From: an uncultured bacterium
Lineage (GTDB): Bacteria > Patescibacteriota > Minisyncoccia > UBA6257 > 2-01-FULL-56-20
Length of the DNA stretch: 64,000 bases
NCBI GenBank assembly: GCA_963719425.1
Contig: OY970382.1
Location: 586,880 to 650,879, forward strand
Reading direction: 5' to 3'
Part shown: positions 27,896-36,765 of the stretch, one piece after another
Layout of the letters: each line of letters opens with the position of its first letter
Position numbering within the stretch: the first letter of the stretch is position 1
Notes under the pieces: model-generated
The model's input: the letters and a program-made list of their open reading frames with translations, nothing else
What the model was told of the DNA's origin: nothing
Database searches by the model: none
Position numbers and translations under genes: made by a program

Positions 27896-30800
27896 CTATA
27901 GTATATCGCTTTCCGAAACCTTTCTGATGGCCGCCCGCGTCTTCGGGCCCAAATATCCCGAAACGGGCGCGATTTTTTCTCCTGCTTGATACTCCTTGAG
28001 CGCGCTTGCGGTAAGGGCGCCGAAGAAGCCGGTTGGCCCGACCGCGGCGAGCGAACGCGCCGCCCGACCTCCGCTCGCGGCTATGAGAAACACTTGGAGC
28101 GCCCAGACATCACCGCCCTTCACGCCCGTGGACAAAGATCTCCCAGAATTTGTGGCTACAAAAAGCTTGGCGGCAAGGAGACGCAATCGGGCAAACAATT
28201 CAGCGAGCGACGTGGCAGCGCTTGCCGTTGTTGAGGCGCCCAGCACCTGCGGATTCGGCACACCCGGAGCAGGGTGCGTTGCGCCGCTGCTGCCCCCGCC
28301 GCCACTTGCGCCGACACCACCTCCGCTTCCGCCTGCACCTGCGCCGCTACCACCACTTGCGCTACTGCTGCCGCTGCTCCCGCCACCGTTACTACTCACA
28401 CTGCCACTGCCGCCACTATTTGCGCCGCCAGTGGTACCGCTGGTTCCACCACTGCTATTTCCCCCGTTATTACCTCCCGCACTTCCTGTCCCTTCACCTC
28501 CTGCTCCGCCACCGGCATCCGCGGGCGCAACCACCTGAAAACTAATTTCGTAAATCCGTGGGTTTCCCGCCTTGTCAAATGCAGTGATGATCAAAACGTT
28601 TTTGCCTGCATCGGCGAATGTCACTGTTTCACCATTCGCGACCGGAGTGCCATTCAACGTTGCCGTCGTGGTTGCAACACCGGACTCGGTATCCTTCGCA
28701 CTAAAATGTAACGTCGTCGTGCTGTTTTGGAACACCTCTGCGGGAATGGCTGGGGGGACGATATCCGGAGGCGTTACGTCGGCGATTGCATCGGCGGATG
28801 AAATGGTTGCCGTGAGAACCGCAGTCGGCGAGCTTGTCGCGTCAACATTGCCGTCGCCATCATTATCAATCGCGAGCGCAAGGTCGCCGTTAAAACCGGA
28901 GAAGTCCAGTTCCGCCGTTGCACTGGCGTTTTGGAGCGGCACGGAAACATACGTCGCGGTATCGGTTGTCTTGCCATTGATGCTCTTTTTCACCTTTACG
29001 GTGGCGAGTGTCGTCGCAGCGGTTGTTTTGGTGGTACTCGTCGCAGCGGTGCTCGTAGCGGCAGTACTCGTGGCAGAGGTATCTGTGGCACTAGTGGCAG
29101 ATGAACCAGATGTGTTAGATGTGCCGGTCGTGCTTGAAGCACTCACGGCGGCGCTTGTCTTTCGCTTCGTCACTTTCACCGTGTAGATGCTTGTGCTTGT
29201 GGAGGTACTGGCATTGAGAGAGGTGCTTGTGCTCGTGAGCGGCAACGCCGGCACCGTCACGAATGTATTGTCGCCGACAGCATCGTAGCTGCTCCCGGGA
29301 ATGCCAAGTTCCACAGAACCGTCGTACCGAATCCCCGTATGAAGCCCCGTTGGATCCGAAATCTCAAGGTCAACGGAACCGTGCGCGCTGAATGCAAACC
29401 AAGCCCCCGTGCCACCACCACCCGCCGTGCCGTCCGTGCTTGACGCGTGATGCCATCCCGCAACGCAATCTGCAAGTGCAGCCGAGATGCCCTGCGGCAA
29501 ATCATCGTCGGTAACGGTACCATCATCAATAAGAGCCACGATGAGTGAAACGGGGCGCGTATCAGCGACGAGCCCCCCATGGTCAATGCCGGTCATCCCG
29601 CCGTCCACGAAATAATTATGAAACCCGTCCGCAAGGTTCATCGCACTCACCTCGGGCACGGTGCCGTCGCCCGTCGTCTGCGAAATATCCACCTCGTCGC
29701 CGTCATAAAGATCGAATTCGGAAATGGTCGGTATGCGGCACCCTAAAACGTTGTACACGCTCGTGGCGCTTGCGGCATTTGTGCTGTTTGAGACGCCTAC
29801 CGGTTGCCCGTCAAGTCTTGCATGGAATGCAGCGGCGGCGTCCAAAAGCGCGGCATTGCGGCTGTCCGAAGAATTGCTCGTCATCAGGCGACGTATCGCA
29901 TCATAGTCCAAAACCGAGCCGTTGCTGCCATTGTGGAAATCGCGTACGTATCCCCCGTTCACTTGCACATATCGCGAACTCGGCAGGAGCTCATAGAGCG
30001 ACGGCATGTTCTGCGCAATTTTCTTGATCTCGGAAGAATTCAAAATATCAAACGGACCAAACGCGACGCCAAGATTGTCGCCGTAGTTCAAAACTTTGAA
30101 GGCCTTCGGCGCCCCAAGTTGCGGCACGCCGACCAAGACCAACTTATCTAAAAACGAACTGTCGGGGCGATCTCTCAAATACTGTTTTATCAAGACGCCG
30201 CCCATGCTGTGCGCCACAATATTGATCTTCCCGTCCGACGAGGCCGTAATTGCTTGCCGTATTTTCGCATCAAGCGCGCCCGTTGCATCGTCAATATTCA
30301 ACCGCCAATCATACGGCGCCACGAAGAGATCTTTATTCTCCACGTACCCATCGGAAACGAACGCATCTATAAGATCGCCGTAAAAATCCTTTTGAACCGC
30401 GAGGAAGGAAATTGTGGTCGTGACCGTCCTTAGGATGTCAGGCACGCTCATGGCAACCGTGGAATGGCCCTGTGCGTCCAACGCAAGATCATCAAGGTAG
30501 GTGTCGCCAGAAAGAACGCCCCCGATGCTTGCCATCTTGCCTATGTTCGGCCATACTTCCTCGCCATCCGATGCGCGCGCGAGGGCCGATCCCGCGATGC
30601 CGGGGACAATGACCACCGGCTCACGCGGCCCGCCGCCCTCAAGCTTCATAAACGGTTTGCCGGTCACGTCCGCCGTATAGCAATAATTGCCGACCTGCCA
30701 CGTACAGGAATAGATGGCGCCGGGTGCCGCGGCGATGGACACCGGCCTGCCGAAATCACAGGCGTTGAAGCTCAGCGCGTAGTAATCAAACGGATTGATC

Positions 30801-32098
30801 CTTCCTGCGGCGGTGCCCGCGATGACGCCGGCATAATCGCGCGAGGCGATGGGCGTACCCGAGGCATCGGTCCAATTGCCGAACTCGGCGGGCGGACCGT
30901 CGGCGTTTTTATAGTCGCTGTCGGAATATCCCTGGAGGATGTAGCCAGGGATGCCGCACCCAGACAAGCCTTCCTGGTACATGGCAAGAGAAAGTGTCGT
31001 GCTCCCCGTGCCGCCGAGCGGCTGGCCAAGCTTGATCTGCACCGCAAGCGGGCCGAAGGACATCCCCGCTTGACTGTTGTCGGTGCCGATGGCTCCCGAT
31101 TGATCGTTCCAATGGTAGAGGAAGTAAACGCTATTCCCGATTGCAAAATCAACATCTACGGGCGGATCGCTCAGGGTACGCCAGGAAGAAATGTTTCCTT
31201 CTTCGTCCGTCGCCCTCGCTTGCCAATGATAACCGCCCGATGTGAGGCCGCCTGCGGAAACGACGGCGCGGACGCCCGGCGCGGCAAACGTGCTCGTCGC
31301 GGTGGGTGTCCCCTTAAAAGGAACGCTGGAAGGTTCAACCTCAATCTGAAGTTGGAGCGGCTTTGCGCCCGCGGACTGCGGCACGCCGTAGAAAACGATC
31401 GTGGTCGCGGCAGCCAAACTTCTTTCCGCAATCGCCGTCACGCCGTCGGATTCGTATTGGCCGAGCGACGATGCCGCGACATCCGGAATCACCGTCGGAT
31501 TCGGCACCCAGATGCCAATGGTGATCGTTTGGCCATCCGTAAGGTTGGACGGTTTTCCGTCATACCACCATCCCACTACGTCGTAAGAACTCCCCGCCTG
31601 AAGCGCGTAGGTTGTGGTCGCGAGCAACGACGTCTGGGAATTCAAGATAGCCCATGCCGAGGTCGTCGCCGTTCCCCGAAACTGCACTGCACCGCCATTC
31701 CCGGGAGGATCAAGCGCGGCCCCGTTCTCACGAGAAAAGATGAACGAAATTCCGGCCTCCTGCCCGTTGTATAGCTCGTCGTCGGTGATCGCCGGGTCGT
31801 CAATGGAAATCCCGTATGCCTCGGCGATGTCTTTGTCCGGCGTGAACGTGACGTAAAATTCATTGTCCGCGCACGGGCGCGGCTGCGTGGCACAGCTCGA
31901 ATAGTTGTGGTAAAGATGGAATGTAACTTCCTGCGTAAACACCTCGCGGTATCCCGTGGGATCGCTGAAATAATGCCCGGAATAGCCTCGGCCGTAATCG
32001 GTGATGACCGCGGCGCGCGCAAAAAGAACGGGCGGAAACGTTAACCATGCGCCGCAAGCCCCGCCGAGCGCGCAGGCAAAGAAAACAATCTTTTGCAT
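27896..32098 (-). CDS. 1400-aa secreted multidomain protein: LCAT/lipase-like alpha/beta hydrolase with Ser/Thr and Gly linkers and a C-terminal peptidoglycan-binding domain
   Basis: VVIVPGIAGS, APYDWR, VAHSMGG, GDGTVP; C-terminal GGDVWALQVFL..TGFFGALT..GYLGPKTR. Confidence 0.8.
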   Translation of the reverse strand: MQKIVFFACALGGACGAWLTFPPVLFARAAVITDYGRGYSGHYFSDPTGYREVFTQEVTFHLYHNYSSCATQPRPCADNEFYVTFTPDKDIAEAYGISIDDPAITDDELYNGQEAGISFIFSRENGAALDPPGNGGAVQFRGTATTSAWAILNSQTSLLATTTYALQAGSSYDVVGWWYDGKPSNLTDGQTITIGIWVPNPTVIPDVAASSLGQYESDGVTAIAERSLAAATTIVFYGVPQSAGAKPLQLQIEVEPSSVPFKGTPTATSTFAAPGVRAVVSAGGLTSGGYHWQARATDEEGNISSWRTLSDPPVDVDFAIGNSVYFLYHWNDQSGAIGTDNSQAGMSFGPLAVQIKLGQPLGGTGSTTLSLAMYQEGLSGCGIPGYILQGYSDSDYKNADGPPAEFGNWTDASGTPIASRDYAGVIAGTAAGRINPFDYYALSFNACDFGRPVSIAAAPGAIYSCTWQVGNYCYTADVTGKPFMKLEGGGPREPVVIVPGIAGSALARASDGEEVWPNIGKMASIGGVLSGDTYLDDLALDAQGHSTVAMSVPDILRTVTTTISFLAVQKDFYGDLIDAFVSDGYVENKDLFVAPYDWRLNIDDATGALDAKIRQAITASSDGKINIVAHSMGGVLIKQYLRDRPDSSFLDKLVLVGVPQLGAPKAFKVLNYGDNLGVAFGPFDILNSSEIKKIAQNMPSLYELLPSSRYVQVNGGYVRDFHNGSNGSVLDYDAIRRLMTSNSSDSRNAALLDAAAAFHARLDGQPVGVSNSTNAASATSVYNVLGCRIPTISEFDLYDGDEVDISQTTGDGTVPEVSAMNLADGFHNYFVDGGMTGIDHGGLVADTRPVSLIVALIDDGTVTDDDLPQGISAALADCVAGWHHASSTDGTAGGGGTGAWFAFSAHGSVDLEISDPTGLHTGIRYDGSVELGIPGSSYDAVGDNTFVTVPALPLTSTSTSLNASTSTSTSIYTVKVTKRKTSAAVSASSTTGTSNTSGSSATSATDTSATSTAATSTAATSTTKTTAATTLATVKVKKSINGKTTDTATYVSVPLQNASATAELDFSGFNGDLALAIDNDGDGNVDATSSPTAVLTATISSADAIADVTPPDIVPPAIPAEVFQNSTTTLHFSAKDTESGVATTTATLNGTPVANGETVTFADAGKNVLIITAFDKAGNPRIYEISFQVVAPADAGGGAGGEGTGSAGGNNGGNSSGGTSGTTGGANSGGSGSVSSNGGGSSGSSSASGGSGAGAGGSGGGVGASGGGGSSGATHPAPGVPNPQVLGASTTASAATSLAELFARLRLLAAKLFVATNSGRSLSTGVKGGDVWALQVFLIAASGGRAARSLAAVGPTGFFGALTASALKEYQAGEKIAPVSGYLGPKTRAAIRKVSESDIL

Positions 32099-32148
32099 GT
32101 CCGCAATCGTAGCACAGCGGGCATTAAAATCTTTTTAAAGAACGCTTG

Positions 32149-32303
32149 ACAGGGGTCTTTCCCTTTCTGCTTTTGGTAGACGCGGTTCGCGCGCTCCTGC
32201 GGCGCGCGCCCGCTGGCTCTCGGCAATTCGCGTCCGCCTTCGGCGGACACCAAGCGCGAATTGCCTCCGAGATCCTCCCAAAAGCAGAAAGGGAAGACCC
32301 TGT
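32149..32303. mobile_element. Fold-back/MITE-like element containing a GTCCGCCTTCGGCGGAC hairpin
   Basis: ~26-bp imperfect terminal IR ACAGGGGTCTTTCCCTTTCTGCTTTTGG / CCAAAAGCAGAAAGGGAAGACCCTGT. Confidence 0.6.
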
Positions 32304-32307
32304 TATT

Positions 32308-32886
32308 TCACGAACCCAAGGAAGACCTCGACCCAAGCTTTATTGCAATGAGAATGGACGCGCTTGCAAGGCAAATGTAAAACGGAAAGGCCAGCAAAAT
32401 AAGATTGAAACTGCCGACCGCCACACAGGCAAGGAAACCGCCGAGAAGAGTGAGAACCCAAGAGCTTACGGTTTCCGTTGAAGGGTTTTCGTACGCCTTG
32501 ATAGCAGTCAAGGTAGCACCGACCGCATCAACGAGGATAACAATAAATAATGCCGTGGCCGCTTCGCCCGTGAAATACCAAAGGATCAATCCGATTGCCG
32601 CGCCAGCGAGACCGATAGCATCCCTTCTGTGTAACCCCCCAAACCCGTATTTGATGGCCAACAGGAAAATGGATAGGTCGCCTACCGCCTGAGCACCGGT
32701 CATGATCAAGGACCATAACGCCCCTTTGGCAAATTGAGAGAAGAAGGAAATAAATCCTAATATGGCCCATATGAGCCACGAAGCTCTTTCTGGTTTCGTT
32801 TTGTTCAAAAAGATGTCCCTCAGGTAAGGAACGAAGGACAGCAAAATCGCTATGCCGGACAGATACCCCGCCAAAGGTGCGATCAC
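32308..32886 (-). CDS. Conserved membrane protein (PQ-loop-like)
   Basis: PYLRDI...TKPERASW..W, P.TET..W, multiple TM helices. Confidence 0.7.
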   Translation of the reverse strand: MIAPLAGYLSGIAILLSFVPYLRDIFLNKTKPERASWLIWAILGFISFFSQFAKGALWSLIMTGAQAVGDLSIFLLAIKYGFGGLHRRDAIGLAGAAIGLILWYFTGEAATALFIVILVDAVGATLTAIKAYENPSTETVSSWVLTLLGGFLACVAVGSFNLILLAFPFYICLASASILIAIKLGSRSSLGS

Positions 32887-32936
32887 CTTCCTATCTTATC
32901 AAATGCGCGACCAATAAGTAGCAACGGCCTTTTGCG

Positions 32937-34562
32937 CTATCGCAGATAATTCTGCAACACCGCCGAGCCGGGAGCGATCGTCATAGCTCGCATCCATTCG
33001 TCCGCCGCTGCCGCACGATCCTGCACGGGAATGTCGCCCGCGCGGACAAAAGGACTGATATAGTGATACGCGAACGCGTCAACCAGAGATTTGTTTTGTG
33101 GATCGTCGCGCGCGAGGATGATCGCCGTGTCGTCCCAATAGACGAGTTTGAATCCCAAATCGCCGGTGAGCCGCGCCGTGAGATTACTCACGAGGTCGGT
33201 AAGTGGCGGTTCGTACCAAAGGATAAAATAATTGATTCTGTATTTTTGATTGACGAGGGCTTCCCAACCGGGCGCCGTCGTCATGATCGAAACATAATCG
33301 TCCGCGGGGGTTCCCATATATACATCGTCCCGGCCGTCGATGAAAACCGGCGTGTGCGGCCAGAGCTTCCAGATAAGATAGCCCCCAAAAGACGCATCGT
33401 CAAAGATCGGGCCTTGCATATTTTGTTTTTGGATGAACTGCGTGGCGTTTACGGGAAGCAGATTGGTGTTCACTGCGGGAATCGTCCGGGCTCGCGCGAT
33501 GCCATAGGCCACCACAAGGAAAATAAAAAGTAAGACAGTGAGGCTGGGAATCATTGACTCCAAAAGAGCCACACGGGGGAATTTCTTTTCAACACAATAG
33601 ATGAAGATGGGGAACGTGATAAGCGGGAAAAATCCGACGTGGCGTATAGAAACAATGGGCAGGACGACCGCGACAAGAAGAAGGAAGAGCGCCGGCCAAT
33701 TGATCACGCGGTATGGTATCCACCGATCGTTTTCCCAGAAAAGGGTGTAGGCACAAAAGAAGAAAACCAGAAGCATGAGCGCAAGAAAACTCCACGCTTG
33801 CCAGGTAATGAGGTAGTCAAGAAGCGAGCGCCATTCCGCAACGCCCAATTGCTGTACGGTCGGACCAATAATGGAGGAATAGGCGAGCAGGCGCCATCCG
33901 TTGGGATTCACGAGCGTTACGGCAAAGGAAAGCGCGCCGATCAAAGCCAAGCGCATGCGGTCTGCGCGTCGCAATGCGAAAAATATGAATCCATATAAAA
34001 GATAAAGTCCGGCGATGCCGATGCCGAGAATGACGCTGGCATGCATATTGGCCCATATGAGGAGCACGAGCGGGATCGCAAGGAGGAGTCGAAAATCTTT
34101 GCTGTCGCGCCATCTTTCAAAAATAAAAATGATGAGGGCGGTAAAAAGGTAGCTGAAGATCTGCGGCCGCGCTACCCACAGTTCGTAGGTGAGCAAGCTG
34201 TAGGGAATGAGAACGACGGCGACAAGCGGCACGTTTCGGCTTTTCTGGAATGCTGTAAAGAGAACGATGCCGTACGTAAGGAGACTTACGAGCGCGACGA
34301 TCGTGATAAGCCCCCAACTGGTTCCAGCGCGGTAAGCGAAATAGAAAGCGACGTCCGAAAACCAATAATGATTGATCCATAGCGCGCCTGGCGCAGTATA
34401 AGAAAAAATATCGTGCGTTGGAACAAAACCGTGAGTTACGATGAAGGCACCATTCTCCAGATGGTAACCGATGTCGAAGTCGCCGATCGTATTGAGCGAG
34501 AGAAGAAAAACGGCCGCGAGCACTGCGGCGACGAGCAGGCTGTACCTGAGCTTCCGGTTCAT
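32937..34562 (-). CDS. Polytopic membrane protein, probable GT-C glycosyltransferase
   Basis: D.GYHL..G, DIFSYT, RPQ.FS, WANMH, NPNG, GGYLIW, FIDGR motifs. Confidence 0.65.
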   Translation of the reverse strand: MNRKLRYSLLVAAVLAAVFLLSLNTIGDFDIGYHLENGAFIVTHGFVPTHDIFSYTAPGALWINHYWFSDVAFYFAYRAGTSWGLITIVALVSLLTYGIVLFTAFQKSRNVPLVAVVLIPYSLLTYELWVARPQIFSYLFTALIIFIFERWRDSKDFRLLLAIPLVLLIWANMHASVILGIGIAGLYLLYGFIFFALRRADRMRLALIGALSFAVTLVNPNGWRLLAYSSIIGPTVQQLGVAEWRSLLDYLITWQAWSFLALMLLVFFFCAYTLFWENDRWIPYRVINWPALFLLLVAVVLPIVSIRHVGFFPLITFPIFIYCVEKKFPRVALLESMIPSLTVLLFIFLVVAYGIARARTIPAVNTNLLPVNATQFIQKQNMQGPIFDDASFGGYLIWKLWPHTPVFIDGRDDVYMGTPADDYVSIMTTAPGWEALVNQKYRINYFILWYEPPLTDLVSNLTARLTGDLGFKLVYWDDTAIILARDDPQNKSLVDAFAYHYISPFVRAGDIPVQDRAAAADEWMRAMTIAPGSAVLQNYLR

Positions 34563-34683
34563 CAGTCTAGTATATCAATCCCAATGATACGAAATGTTAT
34601 TTGTGCGTATGATATGATAGGAATCCGTCGCTTCGTTCCTAGAACCTCTCCACAGCAAGGAAAAAATGAAGGTATGGGCTTTG

Positions 34684-34755
34684 TGGGCATGGATGGAATC
34701 GAACCATCGACCTCGTTCTTATCAGGAACGCGTTCTACCACTGAACTACATGCCC
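34684..34755 (-). tRNA. tRNA-Ile(GAT)
   Basis: Cloverleaf; CGTTC-CT GAT AA-GAACG; GTTCGA T-loop. Confidence 0.95.
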
Positions 34756-34791
34756 ATCTAGCAAATAGTCACCAGCAACCAGTTGCTAGGG

Positions 34792-34863
34792 TGCGTCCTG
34801 GAGGGATCGGACCTCCGGCCTCTACAGTGTCATTGTAGCGCTCTACCACTGAGCTAAGGACGC
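34792..34863 (-). tRNA. tRNA-Val(GAC)
   Basis: Cloverleaf; CTACA-AT GAC AC-TGTAG; atypical T-loop TCCGATC. Confidence 0.88.
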
Positions 34864-34893
34864 CTCTCGGGATACGGTTCATTCTACGGTCTC

Positions 34894-35118
34894 TTACTGC
34901 GGTTTGACAAGACCCGGAAGGTGAAGGGCCTCCACACCCTCCAGATCGAAACTGGTATTCGCCCCTGCTGGCACGCTCGCCTGAACCGCGCGATTCACTT
35001 CCACGACTACATCGCCGATTCCCCAGCTGAAATACGCGACGATAATCGCGAGAAAAACAATCGCGAAAATGGCGAGGGTGGTCTCTGGATAATGTCTAAA
35101 AAATGCCTTCATGATCAT
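34894..35118 (-). CDS. Small single-TM protein (pilus-assembly associated?)
   Basis: One TM helix; overlaps the stop of the pilO-like gene. Confidence 0.55.
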   Translation of the reverse strand: MIMKAFFRHYPETTLAIFAIVFLAIIVAYFSWGIGDVVVEVNRAVQASVPAGANTSFDLEGVEALHLPGLVKPQ

Positions 35119-35642
35119 CTGGAAAATGCTCGGCCCTGCGCGGTGAGGATGTACGCCGCGCCACTACTCGCAAAGTCAAAGGAATCAATCGCAATGATGA
35201 ACCCGGACGCTTCCGCCTCAAGATCATTGAGAAACGCGACGAGGTCGCTCGGGGATCCCGTCGCGACCAGGGAAAAATCATCGCTGCCGGGAGCGGAGAC
35301 AGTGGCCACGGTGCCCCCTCCCTTGAACGCGAACAAAACCAAAACATTGTGCACCTCCCCGAGGGCATTGAGCGCCTGCGGGAGCCCCACGAGCTTATCA
35401 TGCGTCGGCAAAATTGATTCCAAGACAGGCGTGTAAGGAGCCGCTTGCGCCGCCTCGCTTTTGAGGCTCGCCAGAACACTGAGTGCCGTATTCTCCTCTG
35501 CGATGCGGGCCCGATCGGAAACGATCTTATCCGCTTGCGCCGCGATGTTGTTGGAAAAAAAGTAAAGGGCAATGGACGCTACGGCAATGGCTGCCGCGAT
35601 GATTCCGATGCTTATTTGCAGTTGCCGCTTGAGATCTCTCAT
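35115..35642 (-). CDS. PilO-like protein
   Basis: N-terminal TM, coiled coil, LP, then ATGS..DLVAFLNDLE ferredoxin-like pattern. Confidence 0.6.
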   Translation of the reverse strand: MRDLKRQLQISIGIIAAAIAVASIALYFFSNNIAAQADKIVSDRARIAEENTALSVLASLKSEAAQAAPYTPVLESILPTHDKLVGLPQALNALGEVHNVLVLFAFKGGGTVATVSAPGSDDFSLVATGSPSDLVAFLNDLEAEASGFIIAIDSFDFASSGAAYILTAQGRAFSR

Positions 35643-35719
35643 TGCGCTGTTTCATTCTACCATTAAAAGATTATGAACGCACGCTTTACTTTTGGAACGT
35701 TTTCCGCAACGCTTTTCTG

Positions 35720-36751
35720 ATGGACGAGGAAGCATACTACTATAATGCAGTCGCCGTGGGCACGGGCGGTGATTACCGGAAAATCGCACAGTTAAAAAAG
35801 AAATGCGGCGACTGGAAACGCGCGTACGAAGCACTCAAGCATTTCGGCATCCTTCCGCCCGACGCCGAGACGGAATGGAAAAACCTTGCGCGCGCGGGCG
35901 TCGCCCTCGTCCTTTTCGAACATGACGCATATCCCCCGTTGCTCCGGGAAATAGACGATCATCCTTTCGACATTTACCTGCGCGGCGCGCGCCCGCCGCG
36001 GGACACGCCGCTTTTTGCGATCGTGGGCACCCGGCGTGCCACGCTTGAAGGAAAAAACATCGCCCGCCGTTTCGCGCGGGAGCTCGCGCAATGCGGCATG
36101 GGCATTGTAAGCGGCCTCGCATTCGGCATTGACGCCGCGGCACACGAAGGATGTCTTGACGGCGGCGGTCTCACAATCGCGGTGCTCGCCGGAGGGCTGA
36201 ATGTCGTCTATCCCCGAGAGCACACGCGCCTCGCGGAGAAAATCCTTCAAAGCGGCGGCGCACTCGCTTCTGAGTACCCGCTCGGCGCGCCTCCGTACGC
36301 GGACCGCTTCCTTGAGCGGAACAGAATCGTGAGCGGCCTCTCGCGCGGCGTCGCAATCATAGAAGCACCGCAGGGATCGGGCTCGCTTGCGACCGCGCGG
36401 TTTGCCCTTGAACAAAATCGGGACGTGTTCGTCGTACCCGGCTCCACCATCCACCCGAACTTCGCGGGCTCCCACGCGCTCATCCGTCAAGGGGCAACAC
36501 TCACGACCTCCCCCGAAGAAATCATGGAAAGCTACGGCGTCTCTCCTGCGGAGAAGATTGCCGCGCAAGAAAAAACGGCGTCGCTCGAAGAAAGACTGAT
36601 TTTAAAAGCCTTGCGGGAAGCCTCCCTGCCTCTTGCGGTTGACAAAATCACGGCGATCACTAAACTGGAACCCCAAATCGCAAACCGGACGCTTTCGTTC
36701 CTTTTGCTAAAAAATCTCATCAAAGAACGGAGTGAAGGGTATACAATATAA
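35720..36751 (+). CDS. dprA: DNA-protecting protein DprA
   Basis: YPPLLREI, AIVGTR, VSGLAFGIDAAAH, RNRIVSGLS, SGSLATA. Confidence 0.95.
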   Translation: MDEEAYYYNAVAVGTGGDYRKIAQLKKKCGDWKRAYEALKHFGILPPDAETEWKNLARAGVALVLFEHDAYPPLLREIDDHPFDIYLRGARPPRDTPLFAIVGTRRATLEGKNIARRFARELAQCGMGIVSGLAFGIDAAAHEGCLDGGGLTIAVLAGGLNVVYPREHTRLAEKILQSGGALASEYPLGAPPYADRFLERNRIVSGLSRGVAIIEAPQGSGSLATARFALEQNRDVFVVPGSTIHPNFAGSHALIRQGATLTTSPEEIMESYGVSPAEKIAAQEKTASLEERLILKALREASLPLAVDKITAITKLEPQIANRTLSFLLLKNLIKERSEGYTI

Positions 36752-36765
36752 CAACACAACCAACC

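Noticed and set aside
27986-31774. Long plus-strand ORFs (e.g. 30464-31774, 27996-28538) and similar antisense ORFs elsewhere
   Set aside because: Shadow frames of GC-rich real genes with no recognisable motifs
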